Assembly: GCA_944389645.1 (NCBI GenBank)
Contig: CALXMZ010000023.1
Span: 7,445 to 71,444 of the forward strand
Source: an uncultured Alphaproteobacteria bacterium
Lineage (GTDB): Bacteria > Pseudomonadota > Alphaproteobacteria > Rs-D84
Reading direction: 5' to 3'
DNA length: 64,000 bases
Shown here: positions 39,210-48,428 of the stretch, piece after piece
How positions within the stretch are numbered: the first letter of the stretch is position 1
How the letters are laid out: each line of letters begins with the position of its first letter
Position numbers and translations under genes: made by a program
The notes under the pieces: model-generated
Told to the model about the DNA's origin: nothing
The model's input: the letters and a program-made list of their open reading frames with translations, nothing else
The model's database searches: none

Positions 39210-40250
39210 ATGATTTTTTATAAAAAAAGGGCTATTATATATTCTGGTTTTTTTTTAATACCGTTTTTTTTGACGCTTTCGTCGGCAAATGCATTGCAAT
39301 ATGATCACGATAGGTTTTCTATTAAGTTAAATGGTTATGGTACTGCTGGTATTTTAGAGCCAGATTTCGATAAACCAGATTTTATCGGTGACTGGCGACT
39401 TAGATCGCAATTAAGTTATGATATAACCTCTATTAATATTTTAGGTTTGGTTTATGCCATTGATGCCGCGGCTATAGATGAAGATAAGTTTATGCGAGAA
39501 GCGTTTGGTTATTGGGAAAATAGAAATTTTGGTAGAATTGAGATTGGTTTTACTGATTCGGTTGCTAGAAAATTAAGCGTTGGTTTACCAGACGTTGGTG
39601 GTTTACGTATCAATGATAAACCATTATTTTATAAAAAGATAAGCCCCGACGGTCCTGTTATTTCTGATACTATTATAACTACCGGTCGCAGTGCATTAAG
39701 AACGAATATTGTATCTGTTTCTGATAATGGGATTCAATATGGTTTTTCTTTTGCCAGTTTAACAGATGACTATGATTATGCAATAGATGCAGGTTTAAAA
39801 TTTAGGCAACCTAATGGTAAAGTAAAAACGGCTTTTTCTTTAGGGGCGTCTTTTATGGATAAACCAGATGGTTATAGGACAGATGCATATACTCCGATAG
39901 TAAATGCAGATTGGCGCGCTCAAATTTCTAGTGGGTTTAATTTGCAATATAATAGTTGGTTGTGGGGGATTTCTGCAAGATTAATTTATGATGAGAAACC
40001 TATAGGACCAGTTTCTGATGGTGTTGTTGCCGGTACAGGTATCAGTTATGATTTATTAAAATATAGCATATCGTTCACGTATTTATTTTCTGATACGGGT
40101 ATATGGAATAAGAATGTAAAGGATTATATGGATCATACAGGGCTTATATCGTTTAGATATAAGTATAGCGAAAATATAGACGGCTGGATGTCTTTGGGGG
40201 TTACAACTGAAACGCCATTTCTTGCCGTTGGTATGAGGTTAACTTTTTAA
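39210..40250 (+). CDS. putative outer-membrane beta-barrel (porin-like) protein
   Basis: Signal peptide; alternating amphipathic beta-strands; C-terminal ...GMRLTF; 4 nt after rpoH. Confidence 0.55.
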   Translation: MIFYKKRAIIYSGFFLIPFFLTLSSANALQYDHDRFSIKLNGYGTAGILEPDFDKPDFIGDWRLRSQLSYDITSINILGLVYAIDAAAIDEDKFMREAFGYWENRNFGRIEIGFTDSVARKLSVGLPDVGGLRINDKPLFYKKISPDGPVISDTIITTGRSALRTNIVSVSDNGIQYGFSFASLTDDYDYAIDAGLKFRQPNGKVKTAFSLGASFMDKPDGYRTDAYTPIVNADWRAQISSGFNLQYNSWLWGISARLIYDEKPIGPVSDGVVAGTGISYDLLKYSISFTYLFSDTGIWNKNVKDYMDHTGLISFRYKYSENIDGWMSLGVTTETPFLAVGMRLTF

Positions 40251-40256
40251 GTTTGT

Positions 40257-40290
40257 AAAAAAGAACCGCTTTTAAAAGCGGTTCTTTTTT
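40257..40290. terminator. hairpin terminator with A-run/T-run flanks (potentially bidirectional)
   Basis: aaaagaaccgcttttaaaagcggttctttttt. Confidence 0.65.
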
Positions 40291-41284
40291 ACTGCAAATC
40301 TGTTAATAAATTTTGAATTCTCTCGATACTAGAAGTATCATTTAAAGCTATTGCAATTGTATAAGCTGAATCCAAATCTGTTTTTGCTGCTTGAGGATTC
40401 CCCAGAGCTAAATTCAGTGCAGCAGATTTTTCAAAATAAGACATTGCTTGACTTGATAAAGATTCTCTTTCTTCAGAAGTCGTTGCCCCTTGTATTTGTT
40501 CTGATATTACTCTTATTGCAGAAGAGTAATCATTAATTGCGTCAGAATAATTATTTAAGGCAGTGTATGCTTCTGCTCGTTCTGCATAAACAGATGGGTT
40601 TACAATGCCTTCTGGTCTAGCTAAAGAGTTTGTATAGTCTGCAATTGCACCTTCCCAATTTTTTAACCATAAATTTAATTGTCCTCTTTTAGCATAAAGA
40701 TCACGTAATTGTAATATGGTATTTGGGTTAGAAGCTTGGGCTGCTAAAGCATTGTTTATATCATTTAAAGCCATAGAATAATCTTCTAAACGAATATTTA
40801 ATAATGCACGGTCGTAATAAGCAATCGCATTTAAAGAGTCTTTTTCTATTGCCGTATTAAAGTCTTCAAGTGCATTTCTATAATTACCTGCTTGCATATA
40901 TGCTTCACCCCGTAGTATGTATGTATCGATTGACGCATTACCAGCATCAATCGCTGTTGTTAGGTCAGTAATAGCATCAGTAATATTTCCTTCTATAAGC
41001 TTTGCTTTACCTGATTCGTAATAATCGGATGTTTGTAACAAGGCTTCTTCTGTGATTTCTACGTTTTGTGTAGGGGTCTGCGTAACAAAAGAACTATGGC
41101 TACGTCCTAGAATATAAAAAGTTGCAGCTATAAAAAATAATATTATGAACCAATAAATATAAACGGATAAAGACCAAGATTTTGGGCAGGCTTGCTTTAT
41201 GTTTTTAGGTGTAGATATTGCCTTCGTAGTTGCTTTTGATTGATTCTTTGTTACTTTATTTTTGCTAGAGATATTTTTTTTCAT
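40289..41284 (-). CDS. TPR-repeat protein with N-terminal TM anchor
   Basis: TM ILFFIAATFYILG and multiple TPR-like repeats (AYYDRALLNIRLEDYSMALNDIN...). Confidence 0.65.
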   Translation of the reverse strand: MKKNISSKNKVTKNQSKATTKAISTPKNIKQACPKSWSLSVYIYWFIILFFIAATFYILGRSHSSFVTQTPTQNVEITEEALLQTSDYYESGKAKLIEGNITDAITDLTTAIDAGNASIDTYILRGEAYMQAGNYRNALEDFNTAIEKDSLNAIAYYDRALLNIRLEDYSMALNDINNALAAQASNPNTILQLRDLYAKRGQLNLWLKNWEGAIADYTNSLARPEGIVNPSVYAERAEAYTALNNYSDAINDYSSAIRVISEQIQGATTSEERESLSSQAMSYFEKSAALNLALGNPQAAKTDLDSAYTIAIALNDTSSIERIQNLLTDLQ

Positions 41285-41313
41285 TATAAACTCCCTTCCT
41301 TATAATAAAGATA

Positions 41314-42012
41314 TTAAAAAGATTTTGTTAATAGGTCAATTGTTTTCTGTGGTATTTTACGAATTTTTCCGACGGATAGGTTTCCCAGTTCAATTATACC
41401 AAAGGATATTCTGTGAAGTTTTCTTACCGGGCAACCGCAATATCTAAGGACTATTCTTATTTCGTTTTTTTTACCTTCTGTAACTTCTACTTTTAAATCG
41501 TTTTCATTTAATATATCTATTTTCATTGGTTGGTAAGATATACCGTCTATTGTTACGCCTTTTTTTGCTTTTTCTAATCCCGCCATATTTATTTTGTTAA
41601 CAGTTGCGATATATATTCTTGGTATACGATAAGACGGCAGCGTCAATTTTTTTGCTAAATTTCCGTCGTTAGTAAGCAAAAGTAAACCTGTTGTTTTATA
41701 ATCTAAACGACCTACGTACTTTAAATGATTGTATTCTTTGGGTAGATAGTCATATATTGTTTTTCTGCCTTCTGGGTCAGATCTTGTCGTCATGACGTTT
41801 ATGGGTTTATGAAAAGCGAAAAGTTGAGTATCTTTGCGTTTTGATATGACTTGGTTATTCACTGATATGATATCATTTTCGTCTACAAATAAAACAGGTG
41901 TGTTTATTATTTCTCCGTTAACAGAAACTTTGCCTTTTAAAATAAGTTCTTCTGCTCCTCGTCTAGAGGTAATACCAGAATCGGCAATAAATTTGGCTAT
42001 ACGTAATTTCAT
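41314..42012 (-). CDS. rRNA pseudouridine synthase, RsuA/RluB family (S4 domain plus catalytic domain)
   Basis: N-terminal S4, HKPINVMTT, YVGRLDYKTTGLLLLTNDG catalytic-Asp motif. Confidence 0.8.
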   Translation of the reverse strand: MKLRIAKFIADSGITSRRGAEELILKGKVSVNGEIINTPVLFVDENDIISVNNQVISKRKDTQLFAFHKPINVMTTRSDPEGRKTIYDYLPKEYNHLKYVGRLDYKTTGLLLLTNDGNLAKKLTLPSYRIPRIYIATVNKINMAGLEKAKKGVTIDGISYQPMKIDILNENDLKVEVTEGKKNEIRIVLRYCGCPVRKLHRISFGIIELGNLSVGKIRKIPQKTIDLLTKSF

Positions 42013-42665
42013 TCTATAATCCGACTTATTGCTATGGCAGCAGCCAATTCTGCTCTTAGAATTGTTTTGCCAAGGTTAATTCCTTTTGCACCGGCTTTAT
42101 CAAGTTCATTAAATTCTGCTTCGGAAAAACCTCCTTCTGGTCCAACAAGAATTTCTGTTATATTTTTTATATGTTTAGGTATTTCTTTACCGTAAGCTGC
42201 CCGTTCATCCGCAAATGCAATTTCTGATAAATTTATATCAGAAAGTTTTATAGGAGGAAATAAATTTGGAATGCTATTTCTATTTGATTGTTCTGCAGCT
42301 TCTATTATTATTTTTTTCATACGTTCCCAATTTATATGTTGTACTGTTACGCGTTCAGTTATTACGGGTTGTAAGTTTTTTACGCCCATTTGTGTAGCCA
42401 TATTTAACAAATCATCTAATTTTTTAATTGGTGCGAAATATAGGGTAATATTATTTGATGGGTCAGGATGTTCCGTCATATTTGCAATAATAAGGTATTT
42501 ATTATCATCTGATAAATAAGCGTTAAATTCATACCCGTCATTAAAGCATAAGCAGTCATTTCTTCTCATTACATGAGTTAAGTAATGAACAATAGATTTT
42601 TCTACGGGGATTTTATCACCCGTATGAATTTTTTTATCTATAAAAAGTCTAGGAATATTTTTCAC
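42009..42665 (-). CDS. rsmE: 16S rRNA (uracil1498-N3)-methyltransferase RsmE (GTG start)
   Basis: IPRLFIDKKIHTGD...GPEGGFSEAEF...GINLGKTILRAE. The start is set at the GTG (V-KNIPRLF), so the ORF-track start at 42782 is rejected. Confidence 0.8.
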   Translation of the reverse strand: MKNIPRLFIDKKIHTGDKIPVEKSIVHYLTHVMRRNDCLCFNDGYEFNAYLSDDNKYLIIANMTEHPDPSNNITLYFAPIKKLDDLLNMATQMGVKNLQPVITERVTVQHINWERMKKIIIEAAEQSNRNSIPNLFPPIKLSDINLSEIAFADERAAYGKEIPKHIKNITEILVGPEGGFSEAEFNELDKAGAKGINLGKTILRAELAAAIAISRIIE

Positions 42666-42816
42666 AAATTTTGTATTTCCTAATTTATAATTTAATAAAA
42701 TTCTGATATAATATATCACAATGGTTGAAAAGTTCAAGATTTTATCAGCTGGTGGTACGTCTAAAGGTTTGAATATATTCAAATCTAGCGCATATAAAGA
42801 ACATCAGCGGAAACCA

Positions 42817-44940
42817 ATGGCGCAGATATTTTGGTCACTGCGTTGGGCTATTGGTATTTGGCTTGTATGTGCGCTGGCTTTTGCGTTGTCTTTCATTATA
42901 GAGCATATTTGGAGATATGGTTGGTCACCAGCAACTACAAAATGGACGCTTCTTTATTTGCACAATATGTTGTCTACAGGTGGATTATCTGTGCTTGCAG
43001 AGATTCCAGATTGGATAACGAGATCTGTTATGCGCACAGATCTAGCTTGTATGATGCCATTGATACCTATAATTGCTTATTATTTTATGGCGGATACAAC
43101 GTTGGTTAAAGAGTTTAATCCTTATGGCAAGGATAAATTTACGGAAAAATCTTCTAATAAGGCAACGAAAGAAGATATAGAAAAGATGGGGTTGTTTAAG
43201 GGTTTTATGATGGTTCTTGGGTATTTTAAAAAGAAACCATTGATGATGAATGAGTGTTTGTCGGCTTTATGCGTTGCTCCTCCGGGGACTGGTAAAACAT
43301 ATGGTGTAGTATTACCGACTATTTTTGACTGTAATACGGTATCAATGATTATAAACGACCCTAAACCAGAATTAAAACAAGTTTCATCTGCGTATCGTTC
43401 AACTGTTGGACCTGTGTTCATTATGAACTGGGCAGGTCAAGACGATCCAGAACGTGGTATATATTATCCGTCTTGGAACCCTTTATCACCAGAACATGTA
43501 CCGTTTGATACGGAACAGAGGGATTTATATATAGATTCTATATGTAATGTATTAGTACCAGACGTAGCGTCTTCTTCTGCTGACCCGCATTGGACTATAT
43601 CCGGTCGTGCTGGTTTATCTGGGTTAATCCAATTTATCGTATCAAAGGTAGAACGGGCTCGTGCAGATGATTATTTTTATTCACGAATAACTTCGGGGAC
43701 GTTTGATGAAGAGGACGCAGCTGTTTTATCAGATTATTATTTATCTATGATGAATGATCCAAATGCATTTGCTGCGCTTGCGTTATTGCAAAAAGGCGAA
43801 TTAAACGCGACTAATTATGTTCATATCGGGACTTGGGAAAAAATACCAGAGGCATGGGTGGGCAAGGAAGCTTCTTTATCCATGATTTTAGATTGGTTAA
43901 ATGCGAGTCAGATTAGTATAGCTCAGGATATGGAAGAACGGCGTCGTCAGGGGGATCAGATGGTTATGATGTCTGATCCGATGAAAGATTTATTTTTTAA
44001 TGCGGTAGAGGAAGCGCGTAATTACGCGTATGCACATAGATCTATCTTAGAATTGACTCAACTTGCGAATACACCTGATAAGGAACGTGGTTCAATTTTA
44101 TCAACTATTATGGCAGGGTTAGGTATATTCCGTAATGCTGCGGTTCGTAATAGAACAAGTCATTCTGACTTTCATTTTGAAGATTTACGTGGGTTAAAAG
44201 ACCCAAGTGACGGTAAAGTAAAACCAGTAACTGTATACTTGTCAATAAATATGGTTGATGCCCAAGCGTTGAATCCGATAACGGGGATATTTATTGAATT
44301 AATGAGTAATTATTTATTAGCAAATAGACCAGAATCTATTAATAATGGTAAGAAATTGGGGCCGTACCCTGTGTTGTTTGTATTAGATGAAATGCCGAAA
44401 ATGCAAAAGTTACAAGCCGTAATTCAGGGACCAGATCTTGGTCGTGGTCAGAAAATATCTTATTTGATTATAGGACAAGATCTACATCAGATTGCTGAAA
44501 AATATGGTAATGATGCGGCTGCGACTATAATATCTACGACTGCCGCGAAGATAGTTCTGCGTCAGAACGATCCTGATACGGCGAAACGTTTTTCTGACAT
44601 GATGGGTTATAAAATGAGCGTGAAGACAGTTAAGGGACCTGACGGTAAAGACAAAGAAGAAACGAAAGAAGAGTTATTATATACGCCAATGGATATAATG
44701 AAATTAGACGATAAAAAACAGCTTGTTATATTTCAGGGGTGGTACCATAGACCTATAGAAGCGGATAAACAAATGGCATTTAATGATCCTCGGCTTTCGG
44801 CTTATATGGCCATGGGTGAGTGCAGTCCATTACCGGAATTTCTGATACCTTCTCATCATGCGGCTTTGGGTTATACGGGTAAACCGAAAATATATATACC
44901 ACAAACGAAAGAATTAAAAGAAATAGAATTTATAAAATAA
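42817..44940 (+). CDS. virD4: type IV secretion coupling protein, VirD4/TraG family
   Basis: Two N-terminal TM helices; APPGTGKTYGVVLPTIFDCNTVSMIINDPKPEL (Walker A region); VLFVLDEMPKM (Walker B); C-terminal AAKIVLRQNDPDTAKRFSDMMG. Confidence 0.75.
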   Translation: MAQIFWSLRWAIGIWLVCALAFALSFIIEHIWRYGWSPATTKWTLLYLHNMLSTGGLSVLAEIPDWITRSVMRTDLACMMPLIPIIAYYFMADTTLVKEFNPYGKDKFTEKSSNKATKEDIEKMGLFKGFMMVLGYFKKKPLMMNECLSALCVAPPGTGKTYGVVLPTIFDCNTVSMIINDPKPELKQVSSAYRSTVGPVFIMNWAGQDDPERGIYYPSWNPLSPEHVPFDTEQRDLYIDSICNVLVPDVASSSADPHWTISGRAGLSGLIQFIVSKVERARADDYFYSRITSGTFDEEDAAVLSDYYLSMMNDPNAFAALALLQKGELNATNYVHIGTWEKIPEAWVGKEASLSMILDWLNASQISIAQDMEERRRQGDQMVMMSDPMKDLFFNAVEEARNYAYAHRSILELTQLANTPDKERGSILSTIMAGLGIFRNAAVRNRTSHSDFHFEDLRGLKDPSDGKVKPVTVYLSINMVDAQALNPITGIFIELMSNYLLANRPESINNGKKLGPYPVLFVLDEMPKMQKLQAVIQGPDLGRGQKISYLIIGQDLHQIAEKYGNDAAATIISTTAAKIVLRQNDPDTAKRFSDMMGYKMSVKTVKGPDGKDKEETKEELLYTPMDIMKLDDKKQLVIFQGWYHRPIEADKQMAFNDPRLSAYMAMGECSPLPEFLIPSHHAALGYTGKPKIYIPQTKELKEIEFIK

Positions 44941-44966
44941 AAAGACCGCATAATGCGGTTTTTTAT
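44941..44966. terminator. hairpin terminator with A-run/T-run flanks (potentially bidirectional)
   Basis: aaagaccgcataatgcggtttttt. Confidence 0.6.
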
Positions 44967-45403
44967 TTTATGGATTGAGGTTCTAATATTGCAGAAAAAG
45001 TAGCTTCTGCCACTTTTTTACCGCTTACCATGGCGATACCGTGGAACTTATATAACCGCATTTTAGACATTAATAATTCCACGTGAAGTTCTAGAACGTC
45101 GCCTGGTAATACCATATGAGAAAATTTAATTTTTTCCATTGTCGTAAAATAACCAAGAGTTTTACCGTCTGCTTTACCTATTTTAGACATTGCGATGAAA
45201 CATGCCGTCTGGGCAAGAGCTTCTACCTGTAAAACGCCTGGCATAATTGGTTTCCCTGGAAAATGACCGCTGCACCAGAACTCATCATCTCTTACATATT
45301 TTATGCCTACTCCGCTTGTTTCATTATATTCGCGAATTTCGTCGACTAATCGCATTGCACCACGATGTGGGATAACTTTCTCGATACCTTTTGCATCTAT
45401 CAT
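44963..45403 (-). CDS. fabZ: 3-hydroxyacyl-ACP dehydratase FabZ
   Basis: LPHRGAMRLVDEI...FWCSGHFPGKPIMPGVLQVEALAQT. Confidence 0.9.
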   Translation of the reverse strand: MIDAKGIEKVIPHRGAMRLVDEIREYNETSGVGIKYVRDDEFWCSGHFPGKPIMPGVLQVEALAQTACFIAMSKIGKADGKTLGYFTTMEKIKFSHMVLPGDVLELHVELLMSKMRLYKFHGIAMVSGKKVAEATFSAILEPQSIK

Positions 45404-45414
45404 TTTATAAACTC

Positions 45415-46461
45415 CTATTCACCTTTTATTTGCTTTTTAATCCACGCATAATGGCGCATAAATTCGGTTCCTGGTCCTGCTGGATACCCCATATGTTTTT
45501 GGTTGTCTGGTACGTTTCTAAATACACCGCTATGCGCGCCAATTTCTGCGTCATTACCAATCTTTACACCATTGGCGATACCGACTTGCCCCGCTAATAA
45601 GGCTCTATCTCCAACTACAACGCCACCGGCAAGACCGACGCCAGAAGCAAGAAAGCATTCTTTCCCGACAATTACTCCATGAGCAATTTGGCATAAATTA
45701 TCAATTTTTGTACCGTCACCTATTTGAGTATCTGTCATTGCACCGCGATCAATACAGGTGTTTGCACCAATTGATACTTTATTACCAATTATAACGCGAC
45801 CGACGTGCGGGATGAAAACGTTATGACCATTCTGACGGGTATAACCAAAACCGTCTTTTCCTATAACCGCACCTGCATTTATGACGCAGTCGGAACCAAT
45901 AGTTGCATTTTCGATATGAGCGTTCGTCTGAACAATTGTACCTTTACCGATAATAACGTTTTTACCGATGAAGGCCCCAGGGTATATTTTTACATCTTCT
46001 TCTATAACGGCACCGCGTTCAATAGTTGCATATTGGGCAACGTATACAGTTTTGCGCCTTCTAAAAAACACTCCTCTTTCAATTGTAGCTTTTTTACTAA
46101 TTCCATAACGTGGTTTTTCACGATATATTTCACCTAGTATTTTTACGATATTCCCACGTGGTGTACTAGTTATTAATAATGTAGCTCCTTTGGGGGCATT
46201 ATGAACTTGTTCCGGTTGTATAAGTATTACGCTTGCTTTAGTGTTTTTTAAAACATCTATCGGTAGAATTTTGAATGCGGCACTATTTTGTTCTGTTGAA
46301 TAAAATGCGATTTGCCCCGGTTTAGCATCCGCAATGGGTGCAACCCCACAAATTTCTAGGTTGGGATTCCCTTTTAATTCTAAACCAAATTTTTCAGCTA
46401 ATTGTCCAGCTGTTGTTTTTGTAGCTGTTGTTGATAATAAAATTTTTATTTTGTTTAACAT
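45415..46461 (-). CDS. lpxD: UDP-3-O-acylglucosamine N-acyltransferase LpxD
   Basis: Left-handed beta-helix hexapeptide repeats and LpxD N-terminal domain; synteny skp-lpxD-fabZ. Confidence 0.9.
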   Translation of the reverse strand: MLNKIKILLSTTATKTTAGQLAEKFGLELKGNPNLEICGVAPIADAKPGQIAFYSTEQNSAAFKILPIDVLKNTKASVILIQPEQVHNAPKGATLLITSTPRGNIVKILGEIYREKPRYGISKKATIERGVFFRRRKTVYVAQYATIERGAVIEEDVKIYPGAFIGKNVIIGKGTIVQTNAHIENATIGSDCVINAGAVIGKDGFGYTRQNGHNVFIPHVGRVIIGNKVSIGANTCIDRGAMTDTQIGDGTKIDNLCQIAHGVIVGKECFLASGVGLAGGVVVGDRALLAGQVGIANGVKIGNDAEIGAHSGVFRNVPDNQKHMGYPAGPGTEFMRHYAWIKKQIKGE

Positions 46462-46511
46462 GATAAAGATTATAACCTATATTTTTTAAATTAAAAGAAG
46501 AATGTTTTTTT

Positions 46512-46543
46512 TTAAAAAAACCGCCTAAAAGGCGGTCTTTTCT
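46512..46543 (-). terminator. hairpin terminator downstream of skp
   Basis: aaaaaaaccgcctaaaaggcggtcttttc. Confidence 0.55.
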
Positions 46544-47206
46544 TTAAAAACCTTTCGGTGTATCCATTTTTACTTTTGATATTTTTTTATCTAAAGCAGA
46601 AACGATTTCTTTTGTTATATCAAGATTTTCTGCTGTTTTACCTGTGCGAGCAAATCTTCCGTCTATAACTAAAGATAAGTTCTTTTTTTCTATTACGCCT
46701 TCGATAATCGGATCCAAGTGCTTAGACTGTATCTCGTTTAACGCCTTTTGGTATGAGATTTCTATGCTTTGAGCCCGTTCTGCCAAATCACGTTGTAGCT
46801 CTGTTACGCGATTTTGATAATCTACCACCCGACGTTGTAACGCATCACGAGAAAGTACATCTTGTGACTTTTCAATTTCAGCTTTTTCTTTTTCTAAATC
46901 TTTCTGTTTTTTTTCTAATTCGTCACGAAGTTTATTTTCATAAGATTCTTTCTGTTTTTTTAAGTCTTGTAATGCAGAAGCTTCGTTTTGTATTTCATCC
47001 ATACGAATTACGGCTATACGTAAATCTGCACCATTTACCGCGTCTGTTGTAATTACTTCCATAGCTTCTTCAACAGATGCAGTTTTTTCTGTGCGTGACG
47101 CACTTATAACCCAAATACCAAGTGCCGCAACGATGATAACGATTGCTGCAATAATCCCAGTTTTTTTATAATTTTTAACTGCGGACTTATCAGATGATTT
47201 AACCAT
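46544..47206 (-). CDS. skp: periplasmic chaperone Skp/OmpH
   Basis: N-terminal anchor/signal, coiled-coil-rich 220 aa, synteny upstream of lpxD. Confidence 0.75.
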   Translation of the reverse strand: MVKSSDKSAVKNYKKTGIIAAIVIIVAALGIWVISASRTEKTASVEEAMEVITTDAVNGADLRIAVIRMDEIQNEASALQDLKKQKESYENKLRDELEKKQKDLEKEKAEIEKSQDVLSRDALQRRVVDYQNRVTELQRDLAERAQSIEISYQKALNEIQSKHLDPIIEGVIEKKNLSLVIDGRFARTGKTAENLDITKEIVSALDKKISKVKMDTPKGF

Positions 47207-47283
47207 TTTTTCCCCTTTTGTTTTTAGTTCTGCCAGAAGTATAGCAATAAAATTTTTAAATGGAAAGAAAAAGTTATCTGTTT

Positions 47284-47961
47284 TTATCTAGCAGGAGCCA
47301 ATTTAATTTCGACTCTTCTATTAGTTAGTCTTCCTATACTATCTTGGGCTGCGATAGGTCTTGTTGCCCCGCGACCGACGATAAACATTCTTGTCGGGTT
47401 TATGCCGTGCTGCGATAGGTATACACCCACTCGTTGAGCCATGTCTAAAGATAATGCTTTTGCAGCCTGTTGGTTCCCCATAGCATCTGTATAACCTGCG
47501 ATTTCTATAAATGTTGCATCGTATTTATTAAGAACTTTTGATATTATTTTTAATGTATCTGCACCTGTTTCTGATATATCAGCAACGTCTTGCTTCATGA
47601 TTGCATCGCGAATAAGTATTATTACAACTTCTGTCCCAGCTCTTTGAACAGATAGCCCAGGTTTTCGTAAAGAATCATACAATTCATATTCAAGGTCGGA
47701 CATATAATTTATGCTAACTGAATTGTCGTTTGCAATTTTATCGCCATATTCCATATTTTTTGTTTTTGTATTATTTGTTACAAGTTGCCCACCGGCACCT
47801 AAATATACAGGACGTTTTGCAATACGAGAAATCTCGTTCATATCCGTAAAACTTGCCCCATTTAAATAATTACCCCAAGTTGAACGATCAGGACTATGAT
47901 AATAAAAGCAGCCTGTTAATAATAAAAATGTACACAAAAAGATAATTTTATTTTTATACAT
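47284..47961 (-). CDS. OmpA/MotB-family peptidoglycan-binding lipoprotein
   Basis: Lipobox LLTGC; C-terminal IAGYTDAMGNQQAAKALSLDMAQRV...NRRVEI. Its ATG overlaps the pilin stop (TAATG). Confidence 0.75.
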   Translation of the reverse strand: MYKNKIIFLCTFLLLTGCFYYHSPDRSTWGNYLNGASFTDMNEISRIAKRPVYLGAGGQLVTNNTKTKNMEYGDKIANDNSVSINYMSDLEYELYDSLRKPGLSVQRAGTEVVIILIRDAIMKQDVADISETGADTLKIISKVLNKYDATFIEIAGYTDAMGNQQAAKALSLDMAQRVGVYLSQHGINPTRMFIVGRGATRPIAAQDSIGRLTNRRVEIKLAPAR

Positions 47962-48419
47962 TATTCAACTATAAAAGAAATTTTGTTTGTATCTGTTGAA
48001 AAGCAGTTCGTGTTTATATTTGTTTCTATGTCGTTTATTATTACTTTACTTGCCCAAGAATATTTTGCGGTAGCAAAATACTGACATTCTCCTTCTGATA
48101 AACCTGTTAAATTGATAGAGAAAGTAGATGTATCGCTTAACGGTTCTACGCTCCAATCAGAATCCCCAATAGGAGCTTTCTTCGTTTTTAAAGCACCAGC
48201 ATCGATCAAATAATCTAAAGATAAACCTGTATAATCTCCTTTTATTTTCATTAATATTTTCACATCTTTTGCAATTTGTTCTATTTGCATAGAAGCGATT
48301 TTTCTTTCCTGATTATTTTTTATTACGTTATATATACTTATTGCGCTTGCACTCATGACGCCAGCAATTGCTAAGACGCCTATTACTTCCAGTAATGATC
48401 TTCCGTATTCTTGTCTCAT
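47961..48419 (-). CDS. type IV pilin / pseudopilin-like protein (prepilin N-terminal cleavage/methylation domain)
   Basis: MRQEYG|RSLLEVIGVLAIAGVMSASAI: G-1, E+5 and a hydrophobic alpha1 helix. 152 aa with a C-terminal Cys pair (C...C). Confidence 0.7.
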   Translation of the reverse strand: MRQEYGRSLLEVIGVLAIAGVMSASAISIYNVIKNNQERKIASMQIEQIAKDVKILMKIKGDYTGLSLDYLIDAGALKTKKAPIGDSDWSVEPLSDTSTFSINLTGLSEGECQYFATAKYSWASKVIINDIETNINTNCFSTDTNKISFIVE

Positions 48420-48428
48420 TTTATACCT

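Noticed and set aside
42666-42816. ORF-track starts that make rsmE (42782) and the VirD4-like gene (42721) overlap by about 60 nt
   Set aside because: rsmE homology begins at a GTG (V-KNIPRLF, 42665). The T4CP N-terminal TM region begins at MAQIFW (42817). That leaves a normal 150-bp divergent intergenic region.
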